Source: Octopus sinensis
Taxonomy: Eukaryota
NCBI RefSeq assembly: GCF_006345805.1
Contig: NC_043017.1
Span: forward strand, 10,292,001-10,356,000
Reading direction: 5' to 3'
Length of the DNA: 64,000 nt
Shown here one piece after another: positions 39,831-52,524 of this stretch; positions within the stretch are counted from its first letter, which is position 1; every line of letters begins with the position of its first letter. The notes under the pieces were generated by a model that saw only the letters and a program-made list of their open reading frames with translations, was not told the origin of the DNA and did not search any database. The position numbers were made by a program, and so were the translations under genes.

Positions 39831-40237
39831 GCTACATCTTCTTACCAATTAAAGAGTTTGGCAAGGATAGGGTCTATCTTTGGGTCATGTTGTTTGAAGT
39901 GGAAGAAAAGGGACACTGTTGAGGCTGGTATTTCAAAGAATGAAAGATGATTTCACACATGGCTCGTACATGTTTGTCACAGTGTTTTGGAGGAGATGCT
40001 ATACTCATATAATGTTGAATTAGATGCAGACTGAGCAGTGAATGTGGGTTCTTTTCCTACAGATGTACCGCTAAAGTAAACATCATTGTTCTAAAAGAGT
40101 GGAAGGGTGGTGGCGGAAAAGGATTCTGCAAAATTGGTTAAACATCTTTTTGGCAAGAGACTAAAAAAAAGAATGACTGCAGTCTGGGAAGCAGAATATC
40201 TTGTAGAGTGAGCGGTTATCAAAGGCAGCATGCTTTT

Positions 40238-40524
40238 TTGTTCCTTCTCAAGCTATGCCTGGCTCATAAGGGCCAGTTTCCCGGTTTCCTTGGCGTATAG
40301 GTTCCCCACCTGGACGGTCGCAGGTGAGCTGCAAGATGCAGGAGGAAAGAGTGAGAGAAAGTTGTGGCGAAAGAGTCAGCAGAAGTTCGCCCTTACCTTC
40401 TGCCAGAGCCGCGTGGAGCTTAGGTGTTTCGCTCATAAACACACACATTGCTCGGTCTGAGATTCGAACCCGCGATCCCTCGACTGCGAGTCCACTGCTC
40501 TAACCACTAGGCCATGTGCCTCCA
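40238..40524 (-). mobile_element. SINE family D
   Basis: Reverse complement of 17448-17748. Confidence 0.85.
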
Positions 40525-41378
40525 CTAAAGGTAACATGATTGTCTTACAGAAGACCTGAAGATAGTGAAAATGGTACATTCTTCAAGTTTCATTCTGATA
40601 AAGGTGTGGTGGTTGTGGTGGTCGTGGTCGTGGTGGTTGTAGTCATGGTGGTGATTGTGATGGTGAGGGTAGTGATGGTGGTTGTAGTAGTAGTTGTGGT
40701 AGTGGTTGTGGGTGGGAATAGAGTGGTGATTGTGTGGGGGTGGTATGTAGAAATAGTAGGTGAGATTTATAGCAAAAAAATGAGATATAAACTGGCCCTG
40801 CTACTACTACTACTACAACTACCTCCATGCTACCACCACCATTGCTACTACTACTCTTAGTACCACCACAACTACCACCACCACCCCCACATCATAACTA
40901 CCACCAACACCACTCATTACTACTACTACTACAACCACCACCACCTCCATGACTACTACCATCATAACTACCACCATTACCAGCACCAACACCAACCACC
41001 CCACCACCTCCACTACCACCACTACTACTACTACAGCACTCAGCTCCCTTAAAATCTATACATGCCATTCCCATTATCATCATATGTACCCTTACACGGC
41101 CCCTCCAATCCCCTTCGCCATTCCGGAGCAGCAAGTAAGGGTCCACTTCAGTGTGAATGTGCCTAGAGTGCACACAACACCCTGTATAAAAGGGGTGGTG
41201 GTGCAAGGTATCAATGTAAGCGGGGTCTGTGTAGGGTGGTAGTAGTGAGGAGGGTTCTACCCTCATAAAACTGAACCAAAGTCTCTTGAGAACAGACAAT
41301 AACACCAGGGTGGAGACAGGGTGGGCATTGGGGTGGAGTGTTTCTTCATTCATTACTGATTGATGCCTGTTGTTGTTT

Positions 41379-41410
<32 letters not shown>

Positions 41411-41779
41411 GATGATGGTAATTGCGGTGGTCATTTTGTTGTTGTCGATAATGTTGTTGATTGTTGTTGGTGGTGGTTGTGGCGGCTTTTCTTATTGCTG
41501 CTGTTGTTGATTATTGTTGTTGTTGTTGGTGGTGGTGGTGGTGATTTTGTTGGTATTGTCGTTGTTGTTAGTGGTGATGGTAATGCTGGTTGTTGTTGTT
41601 GGTGGTGGTGATTGTGGATCTGTGGTTATTGTTGTAGTTGTGGTTGAGGTGGTAGTTGTATAAGAGCTGATCACTGTGGTTGTTGGTGTTGTCTGTACTG
41701 GTGGTTTGGGGATGGTGTTGTTCTTCTTGTTGTTGTTCTCATTGTTGGTGATGATATTTAACCTCAAGTCAGTATTGAT

Positions 41780-42300
41780 CAAGCCACATCTATGATCTAC
41801 GATCAAAGGCATTCCAACCATGACCATTTAGTCTACTCCCTATCTCTAGGTAGCACATTAGCAGAGTCATTAGAGCACCAAATGGCGTTCTTTGTGATAT
41901 TTCTTTTCTGACTCTCTGTGCTCTGACTTCTCGTTTGAATCTAAGACAACATCCAAGAAAGAGATAATGGTAAAGTTTGCTTCAATACTGATTATTATGT
42001 GAAAAGGTATGAATATATGCATAATGCCTTCCCTTAGTATGTTTAGAGTGTGCCTACATGCATATTTAGAAGTAGTTAACCTGTCATCTCTGTAGAGGCC
42101 GAAATCTGTTGAAGTGACATCTAACATATATACCCCCAAAAAATCAATGTTAATTACATCAAACGAGCTGTCTCTGTTAGACTTCTTGACCAGAGCTTAA
42201 CTGATTTAGTCTTTGCATTCACACCGGACCTTGTGGTGGTGAGCAAAATACTTATGAAATGTCCATGAATTCACAAAACCTTATGCAGTAAAAATATTCA
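41780..42300 (-). mobile_element. Penelope-like reverse transcriptase relic
   Basis: Reads SFDVINIDFLGVYMLDVTSTDFGLYRDDRL...ILREGIMHIF...ISIEANFTIISFLDVVLD. This matches the PLE RT motifs GLYRDDG, ITIEAN and NFLDV. Confidence 0.85.
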
Positions 42301-42702
42301 TAAGAACTCCAGCATACGATGAGATGCTGGAAGATTTTTCATCATCAGCATCATCATTGTTTCAACATCTACTTTTCCATGGTTACATGGGTCAGACGAA
42401 ATTCGCTGAGGCTGATTTTTGACAACTGTATGCCCTTCTTGTCACTAACCCTTACCTCTTTTCAAGTAAGGTAATATTTCCCTGTGACCAGACACATTTT
42501 CATGGAAGATTGGAAAAGAACGACACTTTCTCATACATATATATATAGCAGAATTTAGATTCAAATGAATATGGTACTTAAGTTAGATGCACCAGAATTT
42601 TGTACGGTGTTATCCATATGAATCCATGGGGTGATTATAATCAAAATAAGCAACAAGAATATTGGTACCAAATTACCGAAGATATTCTTGTTGCTTATTT
42701 TG

Positions 42703-42738
<36 letters not shown>

Positions 42739-43027
42739 CTATGCCCCTGTCCAACCCATGCCAGCATGGAAAACTGATGTCAAATGATGATGATATATAT
42801 GATGGGCTTCTTTTAGTTTCCATCTACCAAATCCACTCACAAGGCTTTGGTTGGTTTGGGGTTATAGCAGAAAACACTTGCCCAAGGTGCCATATATTGG
42901 AACTGAACCCAAAATCTGGAACCTTATGGTTGGGATGTTTTCTTAGAGTTCAATGAAATTATTACAGCAATTTTTTTATTAACATCTCCAGGGGCCTCAC
43001 TCATTTCCATGATACTCCTTATTTCAG

Positions 43028-43153
43028 CTGAGAGCTGTCGTTGTCGTCTTACAATGCCTGATCTGATGTGTTCCCAATCTATGACATCATTGACACTGGA
43101 TGCAATTGCATGCCGGGAAGAGGAAGCTGTAGTGGTGGACTATATTCTGAAAG
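43028..43153 (+). CDS. Candidate internal exon of an unidentified gene (strand ambiguous)
   Basis: ccttatttcag|...ctgaaag|gtaagg with one open frame, (A)ESCRCRLTMPDLMCSQSMTSLTLDAIACREEEAVVVDYILK. The antisense frame is also open and has its own acceptor. Confidence 0.25.
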
Positions 43154-43458
43154 GTAAGGAGAACTACTTTGTTTTTCAGTTTATTTTACATTAAGAAAAC
43201 AAAATGTATTACTACGCCGTTTAATTTCTATATATTTATTGAAGATGTAATGTTAGTGGCTCACTAACTGCTGTCTTGTAATTCAGTATTGTACTATGCA
43301 CTATTTTCACTGCTGAGTTTGTTCTTTGAAAAAAAGAAAAAAAGGTCAGTAACAAATTTCATTGAAACAATACTGACGAAACAAAGAAACTGTAAAAAAT
43401 AACAACATAAATAAATAATGGACTTAGCTGCACATGACTTAAAGTTTCATCAGATTTC

Positions 43459-43972
43459 AGGATGAACTCAACTCATCAGATATGTGGAGAGGAGTAATAG
43501 GATTTGAGACAAATTCAAGAGAGCTTCTAGATGTTAGGCCTCTATTGGTTAGCTCAGGTCAGCCCCACTCATGATGGTCATCCAGCTACAATTTTTAACC
43601 AAGAGCCATCAAATCTGGTTGCTTCCTCATAAAAACTGCTGTTGTTAATGTATTAATACTCCACTGTACAACCACTGAGCTAGTAACCAGTGGCAACATC
43701 CCACCCCTACAGCATGTGGTATCAAATGCAGTGAGCTGATGTTGCTGAATGCACTAGACCTCAGCTTGCAGATATTGTGGTAACAGGTCCCAGTCAACAA
43801 TCTGGCTGAGTATATGGGGCTAAGAATAAAGAAAAGAACGGAGATTACTTCTGCAGCAATAACATTGAGTGTTCTCAGCTGATCTATTGAGACCTAACAT
43901 CTAAAGGCCATCTTGAATTTGTCTCAAACACTGATACTCTTCTCTAGATATTTGATGAGATGGGTTCAGCCT
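43459..43972. repeat. Ungapped 99-bp inverted repeat (78/99 identical), arms 43459-43557 and 43874-43972
   Basis: Manual alignment of arm 1 with the reverse complement of arm 2, including a 17-bp perfect core tttgagacaaattcaaga region. Confidence 0.92.
43461..43557 (+). CDS. Candidate 97-nt exon coinciding with the left arm of an inverted repeat
   Basis: gatttcag|GAT...CAG|gtcagc. Only frame 0 is open: DELNSSDMWRGVIGFETNSRELLDVRPLLVSS(G). Confidence 0.35.
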
Positions 43973-46900
43973 ACGAGCCTACAGAGGAGAAAGATGATAT
44001 GAGAAGGGAAAGTAAACAACAGTTATACAAATGAGAAATTTGTTTTATTATATTTCTTATTATGCTGGAATAAACATAGGTGTTGAAATTGTAGTGATAT
44101 TCAGTTGACAGCTGATGAAGGGATTAGACATGTATATGTCCATCTATATGATTGTATTTTTTGTGTTTCCTTGAAATTTTTTTCTTGTCCCTATGTGTCA
44201 CCTTTATCCTATATTTATGTGTGTGGTGTGTGTGTGTGTGTGTGCGTGTGATTGTTATTATGTACACTGTAACACCAGAAACAAATTAAAACAACTCATT
44301 ATCTTGTGTACAGTAAACATTTGATATGAAGTGTTAGAGTTCAAACAGCTTTTTCGTGTGTGTCTCTGTGTGTGTGTATCTCACTCTCTCTCTCTCTCTC
44401 CCTCTTTATATATATGTATGTGTGCGTGTGTGTGTGTGTATGTATATGCGCTGTGTCCCCTATATATATGTGTGTATTTACAGGGTTGCGTACCTGTGTA
44501 CTGTGAAGCGAGTGTATATCTATGTTAGCGTATATATGTAGAAGAGAGACCGACAGACAGAGAAAGAGAGAGACAGATTCTATAATAAAGCATAAAATCT
44601 GTCTCTCTCGCTCCCGCTCTCTCTTCTAAGCATACCCAAGCTAATCATAGCTTAATGTCAGTTTATAATCTGTCTAGTGCATTAATGGTAAATAATAATG
44701 TTTTAATCTGCGATCCTGTATAATCTCTTAAGAGTTTTTACGGTGTTTTTTTTTTCTTTTAACTCTTTCTTTTTTTTGCTTACTTTGAAGTAATTCACTG
44801 TTTCAAAGTGAATTCCATCACTAAACGCCTGTCGTCTGCCGCTTCCTTTTAAGCATTTATTTATTTACTTACCAAGACGAACTCACTGTTTTTCTTTCTG
44901 TCTCTCTGTCTTTCTGTTTGTCCGTCTATCTGCTTGTTTCTCTGTCTTTCTGTCTCTTTGTCTGTCTGCCTGGTCAGTCTGTCTTCCTCTCTGCCTTTCT
45001 ATGTCTGCCCGACTGTCTGCCTGCCTGTTTCCGTGTCTCTCCGTCTGCATGTCTGATCGACTGTGCGTGTGTCTGTGTGTCTGAGTCTGTGTCTGACTGT
45101 TTTTGTGTGTGTGTGTTTCTGTCTCTAGTCCCCTCTTTTATTCTTTTTCATTCTCTCTCACTTTCTCTGTGCGCGTGTGTGTGTGTGTGCGCCTGTCCCC
45201 CATCTCTCTTTCTCCTTTCTTTCTCCCCCTCTCTCTCCTCTCTATCTATTTGTCCATTTATTCCTTACATTTATCGTCCAGACACGATTCAATGTAGTTC
45301 TAGACTATGTGGTTTGTGTTAGGAAGGGCATCCAATTGGAGAAACCGTGCCAAAGCAGACACTGGATCTTGGTCCAGTCCTCTGGCTTGCCAGCTCTGAG
45401 ATCTTTTCCTTTTGAACGGCAGTTTTCAACACAATTTCTTGTTAACTAAACACTTTAAAACTTCGTATACTGGTAGTATGTGTCAAAATAAAACATTTTT
45501 TTGTCTTGGCTTTCTTGAGAAAATTGTAATTTGTTTGTTTAACGTAGTTTAGTTTTTCGAATTTTAACCAATGAATCGCCTCTATTGAGCTAAAATCATT
45601 TGCTCCGTCTAAAAGACAACAGGTAATAACTGAGCCCTTTGGCATTATGTTGTGCTTGAGAAGAAGACCCATCAAACTGAACAAAATAAGTCGTGGAAGA
45701 TACTGGTGTCACACAAATGGCACCCATGCCAGTGGCATGTAAAGGCACCCATTACACTCTTGGAGTGGTTGGCATTAGGAAGGGCATCCAGCCATAAAAA
45801 CCATGCCAAATCAGACTGGAGTCTGGTGCAGCCTTCCAGCTTGCCAGCCCCATTCAAACTCTCCAACCCATGCCAGCATGGATAACAGACGTGAAATGAT
45901 GATGATGATATATATACATATATACAGTCATCATCATCGTTTAACGTCCGCTTTCCATGCTAGCATGGGTTGGACGGTTCAACTGGGGTCTGGGAAGCCA
46001 GAAGGCTGCACCAGGCCCAGTCTGATCTGGCAATGTTTCTACAGCTGGATGCCCTTCCTAACGCCAACCACTCTGTGAGTGTAGTGGGTGCTTTTTACAT
46101 GCCACCCGCACAGGTGCCAGGCGAGGCTGGCAAACGGCCACAGTCTGATGGTGCTTTTTACATGCCACCGGCACAGGGGCCAGGCAAGGCTGGCAACGGC
46201 CACGTTCGGATGGTTCGCTTACGTGCCACCGGCACTGGTATCACAGCTACAATTTCCATTGATGTTGATCGATTTCGATTCTGATTCTGATTTTCACTTG
46301 CCTCAACAGGTCTTCACAAGTAGAGTTTTGTGTCCCAAGAAGGAAAGGTATGCATAAGTGGACTGGCTACATCCCAGGTAGAGGCCATGGGTTACGGTCT
46401 CACTTGTCCTGCCGATACATATATACAGCCATGTACAGCATATACAAATTGTCATACATGCAATCATATACGCAAACACACACATCCATTTATACACACA
46501 TACACACATATACAAATATGCACACAGATATATGCATATACAATACACATACCTGCAAATATAGATGAACCTATGCACATGTGGACACACGTAGACATCT
46601 ACACATACAGACATACATGTATTGATACATGCATACATACATACACATAAACACACACACACATCGACATTTACACATACAGACATACATGTATTGATAT
46701 ATGCATACACACATACACATAAACACACACACACACACATCTATGCATATATATGCTCCCAACCATTCATATACATATATACACCACGCACACACACATA
46801 GACACACACCATACACACACACACACACACATACACACATATATGTACATACACACACACATGCCATGGATCAATATCCCTCTGATAGTTTGGAATGTCA

Positions 46901-48316
46901 TGCATACCCCGTCAAAGAGGTTTATTCAAACAAGGAAGATGTAGGGGGCAAGTAGAGGTGGAGGGGGGCTGTGAGGTGGGGGCGAGGTGGTGAGGGTTGT
47001 GGATGTGGGCGAGGACTGAGGGCCACTTGAGTGTATGAGAGGGTGAAGCTGTGGCGATGGTGGTGGTGTTGGTGGGGTCCAGATAAGTGTGTGAGGTGCG
47101 GGGGAGGGAAGAGTTTTAGGGAGCAGTACCTTAAAAAGCCTCCATACTGTTCTGATTGTTGCAACATACAAGTCTGACCAAAGCCTTGTGAATAGATTTG
47201 GTAGACGGAAACTGAAAGGAGCCTTTTGTATACACACACACACACAAACACACATACACATATATTTCTTTATTACCCACAAGGGGCTAAACATAGAGGG
47301 GACAAACAAGGACAGACAAACGGATTAAGTCGATTACATCAACCCCAGTGCGAAACTGGTACTTTATTTATCGACCACGAAAGGATGAAAGGCAAAGTCT
47401 ACCTCGGTGGAATTTGAACTCAGAACATAACGTCAGACGAAATACCGCTAAGCATCGTTTAACGTCCGCTTTCCATGCTGGCATGGGTGGAACGGTACCA
47501 CAAGAGCCGGTCATGCCGAAGCCTGCACCAGACTTCTGTAACTGTTTTGGCAGGATTTTTACGGTTGGATGCCCTTCCTAACACCAACCACTCAGGAGAA
47601 TGGATTTAGTGCTTTTTATAAGGCACAAGCACAGGTGAGATCAGTTTTGGCAAGGTTTTTACAGCTGGATGCAATCCAGCAAAAGAAACTGATAGAATAA
47701 GAACCAGGGTTAAAAACAAAAATAAGGGCTGGGGTTGATCTGTTCAACTAAAACCCCTCAAGGCATTTTACATTCTGAGTCTAAATTTTTCCTTTCATCC
47801 TTCTGCAATTGATAAAATGAAGAACCACTCAAGTGTTGGGTTCAGTGGAATCAATTGATCCTTTTCCCTCAAAAGTGCTGGCCTTGTGCCACAATTAGGA
47901 AACCATTATCATTAGGGTGCTGGATTGGTAACCGTTAGGGCATCGGACAAACTGCCTAGGGTTATTTGTATTGCTTTTTGTTACTTGCCACAAATATCTG
48001 TGTGTTTGTGTGTAAGTGTGTATGTGAGTGTGTGTGTGTATGTGTTTGTGTGTGTATGTGTGTATGTGTTTGTGTGTGTACATGTGTGTGTGTGTGAGTG
48101 TGTGTGTTTGTGTGTGTACGTGTACGTGTGTGAGTGTGTGTATGTATGTGTTGTGTGTGTATGTGTGTATGTGTGTGTGTGAGTATGTGTGTATGTGTTT
48201 GTGTGTGTGTATGTGTTTGTGTGTGTGTGTGTGTACATGTACGTGTGTGTGTGTGAGTATGTGTGTGTGTGTGTTGTGTGTGTGTGTGTGTACATGTACG
48301 TGTGTGTGTGTGAGTA

Positions 48317-48347
<31 letters not shown>

Positions 48348-48624
48348 CCTTGTCTCGACAACATGATGGTTGTAAACAAGCATCATTGTCATGCAAATGA
48401 GGTTGTTCCATTCCAGTCCTCCATGTAAAAGATATCTGACTGTGGGGAAAGTGTTACCTCACTTAAAAGCAGGAGGTGAGCGTTAATGAGAGGAAGGGTA
48501 TCCAGGCATAGAAAATCTGTCCCAATAAACTCCCTGTGACCCATGGAAAAGTGGTTGTTAAATTATGATAATGATGATGATGATGATGATGATATATATA
48601 TGTATATATAGTACTCTATACTGA

Positions 48625-49845
48625 AAATGTGCAGAGAACAACTTCTGTCACATGCTAGGAGGGAAAACTAGAAGTAGTTGATAGCTTCTGTTACCTAGGT
48701 GACCAAGTCAGTAGCAGGGTGGATGCTCTGAGATTGTAGCTGCTAGAATAAGAAGAGCCTGGGCAAAGTTCAGAGAGCTCCTACCTCTGCTGGTAACAAA
48801 AAGCTTCTCACTCAGAAAGAAGGGTAGACTGTATGATGTATGTGTGCGAATAGCCATGCTACACAGCACTGAAACATGGGCTGTGATGGCTGAGGTCATG
48901 CGTAAGCTTGCAAGAAATGAAGCTTGTGTGTACCACTAGATATTTAATGTCAGTGTGCATACACGACAAAGTGTAAGCGCCCCGAGAGAAAAGTTGGACA
49001 TAAGAAGCATCAGATGTGGCGTGCAAGAGAGACGACTGTGCTGGTATGGTCATGTGATGCATATGGATGAGGACAGCTGTGTGGAAAAGTATCACACCCT
49101 AACAGTGGAGGGAACCTGAGGAAGTCGTCGACCCAGGAAGACCTGGGATGAGGTGGTGAAGCTTGACTTTCGAATGTTGGACCTCACAGAGGCAATGACA
49201 AGTGACCGAGACCTTTGGAGATATGCTTTGCTTGAGTAGACCTGGCAAGCCAAGTGAAACTGTAACTGTGGCCTATGCTAGTGTCACCTAACCGGCCCAT
49301 TTAAGAGTACTCTTCAATCATTGGGCAATAAACTGTGCTTAAGAAGACCTGTTGAGTCAAGTGAAGTACCACCTGACTGGCACCTGTGTTGGTGGGACAT
49401 AAGAAGCACCATTCAAGCATTGTCGATGCCACTCCCACCAGAATGGCTCCGTCGCTGGTGGTATGTAAAATGCACCATCCGAATGTGGTTGATGCCAGTG
49501 TCGCCTGGCTGGTCCCATGCCAGTGGCACATAAAAAGCACTATTTGAGCATGGTTGTTGTCAGTGCTACCTGACTGGCTCCTGTGCCGGTAGCATGTAAA
49601 ATGCACCATTCAAGCGTGGTCAATCCCAGTACCGCTTAATTGGCTCTTGTGCCAGTGGCACATAAAAAGCACCCACTACACTCTCAGAGTGGTTGGCATT
49701 AGGAAGGGCATCCAGCTGTAGAAATCTTGCCAGATCAGATTGGAGCTTGGTGCAGCCTTCTGGCTTGTCACTCCTTAGTCAAACTGTCCAACCCATGCCA
49801 GCATGGAAATCAGACATTAAGCAATGATGATGATGATGATGATAT
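48625..49845 (+). mobile_element. RTE-clade LINE 3' part (RT C-terminal region, tandem-repeat 3' UTR, GAT tail)
   Basis: Reads KLEVVDSFCYLGDQVSS..SEIVAARIRRAWAKFRELLPLL...GRLYDVCVRIAMLHSTETWA...ERRLCWYGHVMHM...GSRRPRKTWDEVVKLD...DRDLWRYA, with stops and frameshifts. Confidence 0.92.
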
Positions 49846-49879
49846 GTATATATGTACATATATGTGTGTTTATATATGT

Positions 49880-49911
<32 letters not shown>

Positions 49912-50185
49912 AGAGATAGAGAGGAAGAGAGAGACCCAGTGTATTATCTCATAATATACATTGTTCCATTACATCACAACCACACATCATCAAGCACGAC
50001 AACAACAACAATAACCACAACAATTCATACATACCTTACAATAAAAATAAAAATAATGGATTTATTGCATCATAATAAAGAAACAAGTGTGTTGTACAGA
50101 TTATGTTTATTCTTTAAGTAATTAATCTAAATTCAGGCTGTTTGTAATTATTGAGGTACAAGGCTGGGTTGTGAGTGCATGCGTG

Positions 50186-50220
<35 letters not shown>

Positions 50221-50320
50221 AGGTGATCGCTTTTTGCTGGCTTGCTTTTGATGATGTCGGGAGTTACCTGTGTGAGGTAATAATCACCTATTTTCCTCTC
50301 AACTGACAATACTCCTCTTC

Positions 50321-50357
<37 letters not shown>

Positions 50358-51920
50358 GCATGCAAAATACAACAACAAAATACATGTACTTATGTACTTC
50401 GTGTAAGAAGATAAAGACAGCTATCCCCCTCTTCCTCATTATATCACCTTTAACGTCTGTTGTCTGTGCTGCCATGGGTCAGATAGTTTGACCGGGGCTG
50501 GTAAGCTGAGGGGCTGCTCCAGACTCCATTTGGATTTGGCATGGTCTTCTATGGCTGGATGTCCTTCCTAGCGCCAGCTATTCCCAGAGTGTAACGGATG
50601 CTTTTACGTGCCCCTGGCACAGGTGCTAGTTGCATGACACCAGTATCTACCATGACTACGATTCCACTTGGCTTTGGTCTTCTTCTCAAGCACAGCCTAA
50701 TGCCAAAGGTCTTGGTCACCTGTCATTGCCTCCATAAGGCCTAACGCTCGAAAGGTGCTTTTTGCATGACACCAACATCGGCCCCATTACCTGGTGGAAT
50801 TTGAACTCAGAACATTAAGATGGACATAATGCTGCTGAGCATCTTGCCCGGTGTGCTAACAGTCCTGCCAGCTCACTGCCTGTCTGAAAAGAGTTGACCA
50901 GTGTTGTTGGGTGAATAAAATGCCCCTCTCAGAAACTGGCTTAGCTTGAGTGACCAAGGTTGGGTTGCTTAGAAGAGGGAAATATATACACATACAGATA
51001 GTAACTCCACTCCCATCCTCAGGATCAAATGAATCCTTACCACCAGTAATAAGATAATTGTTTTGGCACTGTTTTTTGGATGTGGATTCTTTGGCATGGC
51101 TGGCTGACTGGACATTCAGTCTGTTTTAGCTAAAGTACTTTTTAGGCACTGGACGGATGCAAACACACACGCACACACAAGGATATATACACATACAGAT
51201 AAAAAGATTGAAAGTCAGCTGGAGAGAGAGAGAGATGGGGAGAATAAACAAGACGTTGAAATGTCTAATTCCAAATAATTGAATCAGTGATCCCAAAATG
51301 ATTGTGCCACAATGCTTTGCACCCTGTCCCATTCCCAGGATACAACACCGACAGCATGTGCAAGTATTGCTTCTGTAGATGCATGCCTGTTGAACTTGCC
51401 TGCTGATATGGAGAACCTCATCTTTTAGGAAATCAGGGCCTCGTTATCAGAATGCAATAGGAGTGCAGTGAGGCTCCCTTGGCATTTTGAACCTGCATGA
51501 TCAGATTTCTCAGCTCAGGACCATGACCTGCCACACCTCCATAAAAAGCAAGGTCAGTTATGAAAAATTCATTGTCACCGTAATCCCAAAATGCCAAAAC
51601 AATGTAGCTTGGCCAATCAAATCAGCTGCTCTATAACCAAATGAGCTGAGATCTTCTTGCCATATAGTTTGGTCAAACCTTCTCGAAAAACTCCCTTGCA
51701 ATACTTTTTTTTATATGTTTTGTAGTGAAAATTAATATTTATTCCATTTGATATCCCTTGGATGTTGTATTTATTCAACCATTGTCTCTTTGGTCTCACC
51801 CTTATTTATGTTTTTATATTCTTATTTTTTGCTCACATACCCTATAAGGTTTGTACAATGACAAACTAAGAAGCTTTTTCACGAGTACAGCCAGATTACT
51901 TGAGTTGTGACATATACATA

Positions 51921-52315
51921 CATGGTGGCTGCCCCCTCGTTATCGAGTATGGCCATTGCACGAAGCTTAATCAATGTTGTTATCGTGCAATGCCTGTGCA
52001 AGAAGATTTTTTTTTAAAGTGAGGAAAGGCTGTGCACTGAGTCAATCCCACTCACTAAGCAACAGCAGCCATAATCCGAAAAAAGTCAACATCATCGGTA
52101 ACCACTGAGCAGCAGGTTTTATGTCGGAGTTATCCCAGTTACCTGAGTTTCCTTCTCCTAGAAGGATGCCCAAACAAAGGCTAGGAGTCCTTCACTCCCA
52201 ATGGTTTAACCGCGCGATCGGGTATTCAGTCCGATTATTTCTATGTCCCCGCGCATGATACAGCCTTAAGACATTTATTGGATGGCCGTTGACTCTCAAG
52301 AGTTCCTCCACCCTA
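51921..52315 (-). mobile_element. Approximately 395-bp non-coding retroposon-like element bounded by (CATA/TATG)n
   Basis: Microsatellite at both ends, second copy at 39295-39448, no tRNA head. Contains gggcatccttctaggagaaggaaactc, similar to a motif recalled from RTE 5' UTRs. Confidence 0.6.
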
Positions 52316-52468
52316 TACATACATACATACATACATACACATACATACATGCATACATACATACATACATACATATATAATATACATATGTACATAAGTA
52401 TATGTAGATATATGTGTATGGGTATATATGTATGTCTGTAGATAGATAGGTATATGTACATATACATG

Positions 52469-52524
<56 letters not shown>

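Noticed and set aside
51126-51420. Minus frame CCRCC...GTIILG resembling the LAPTM4 N-terminus
   Set aside because: Spacing differs by about 7 residues, and there is no in-frame start or credible acceptor. Probably chance.
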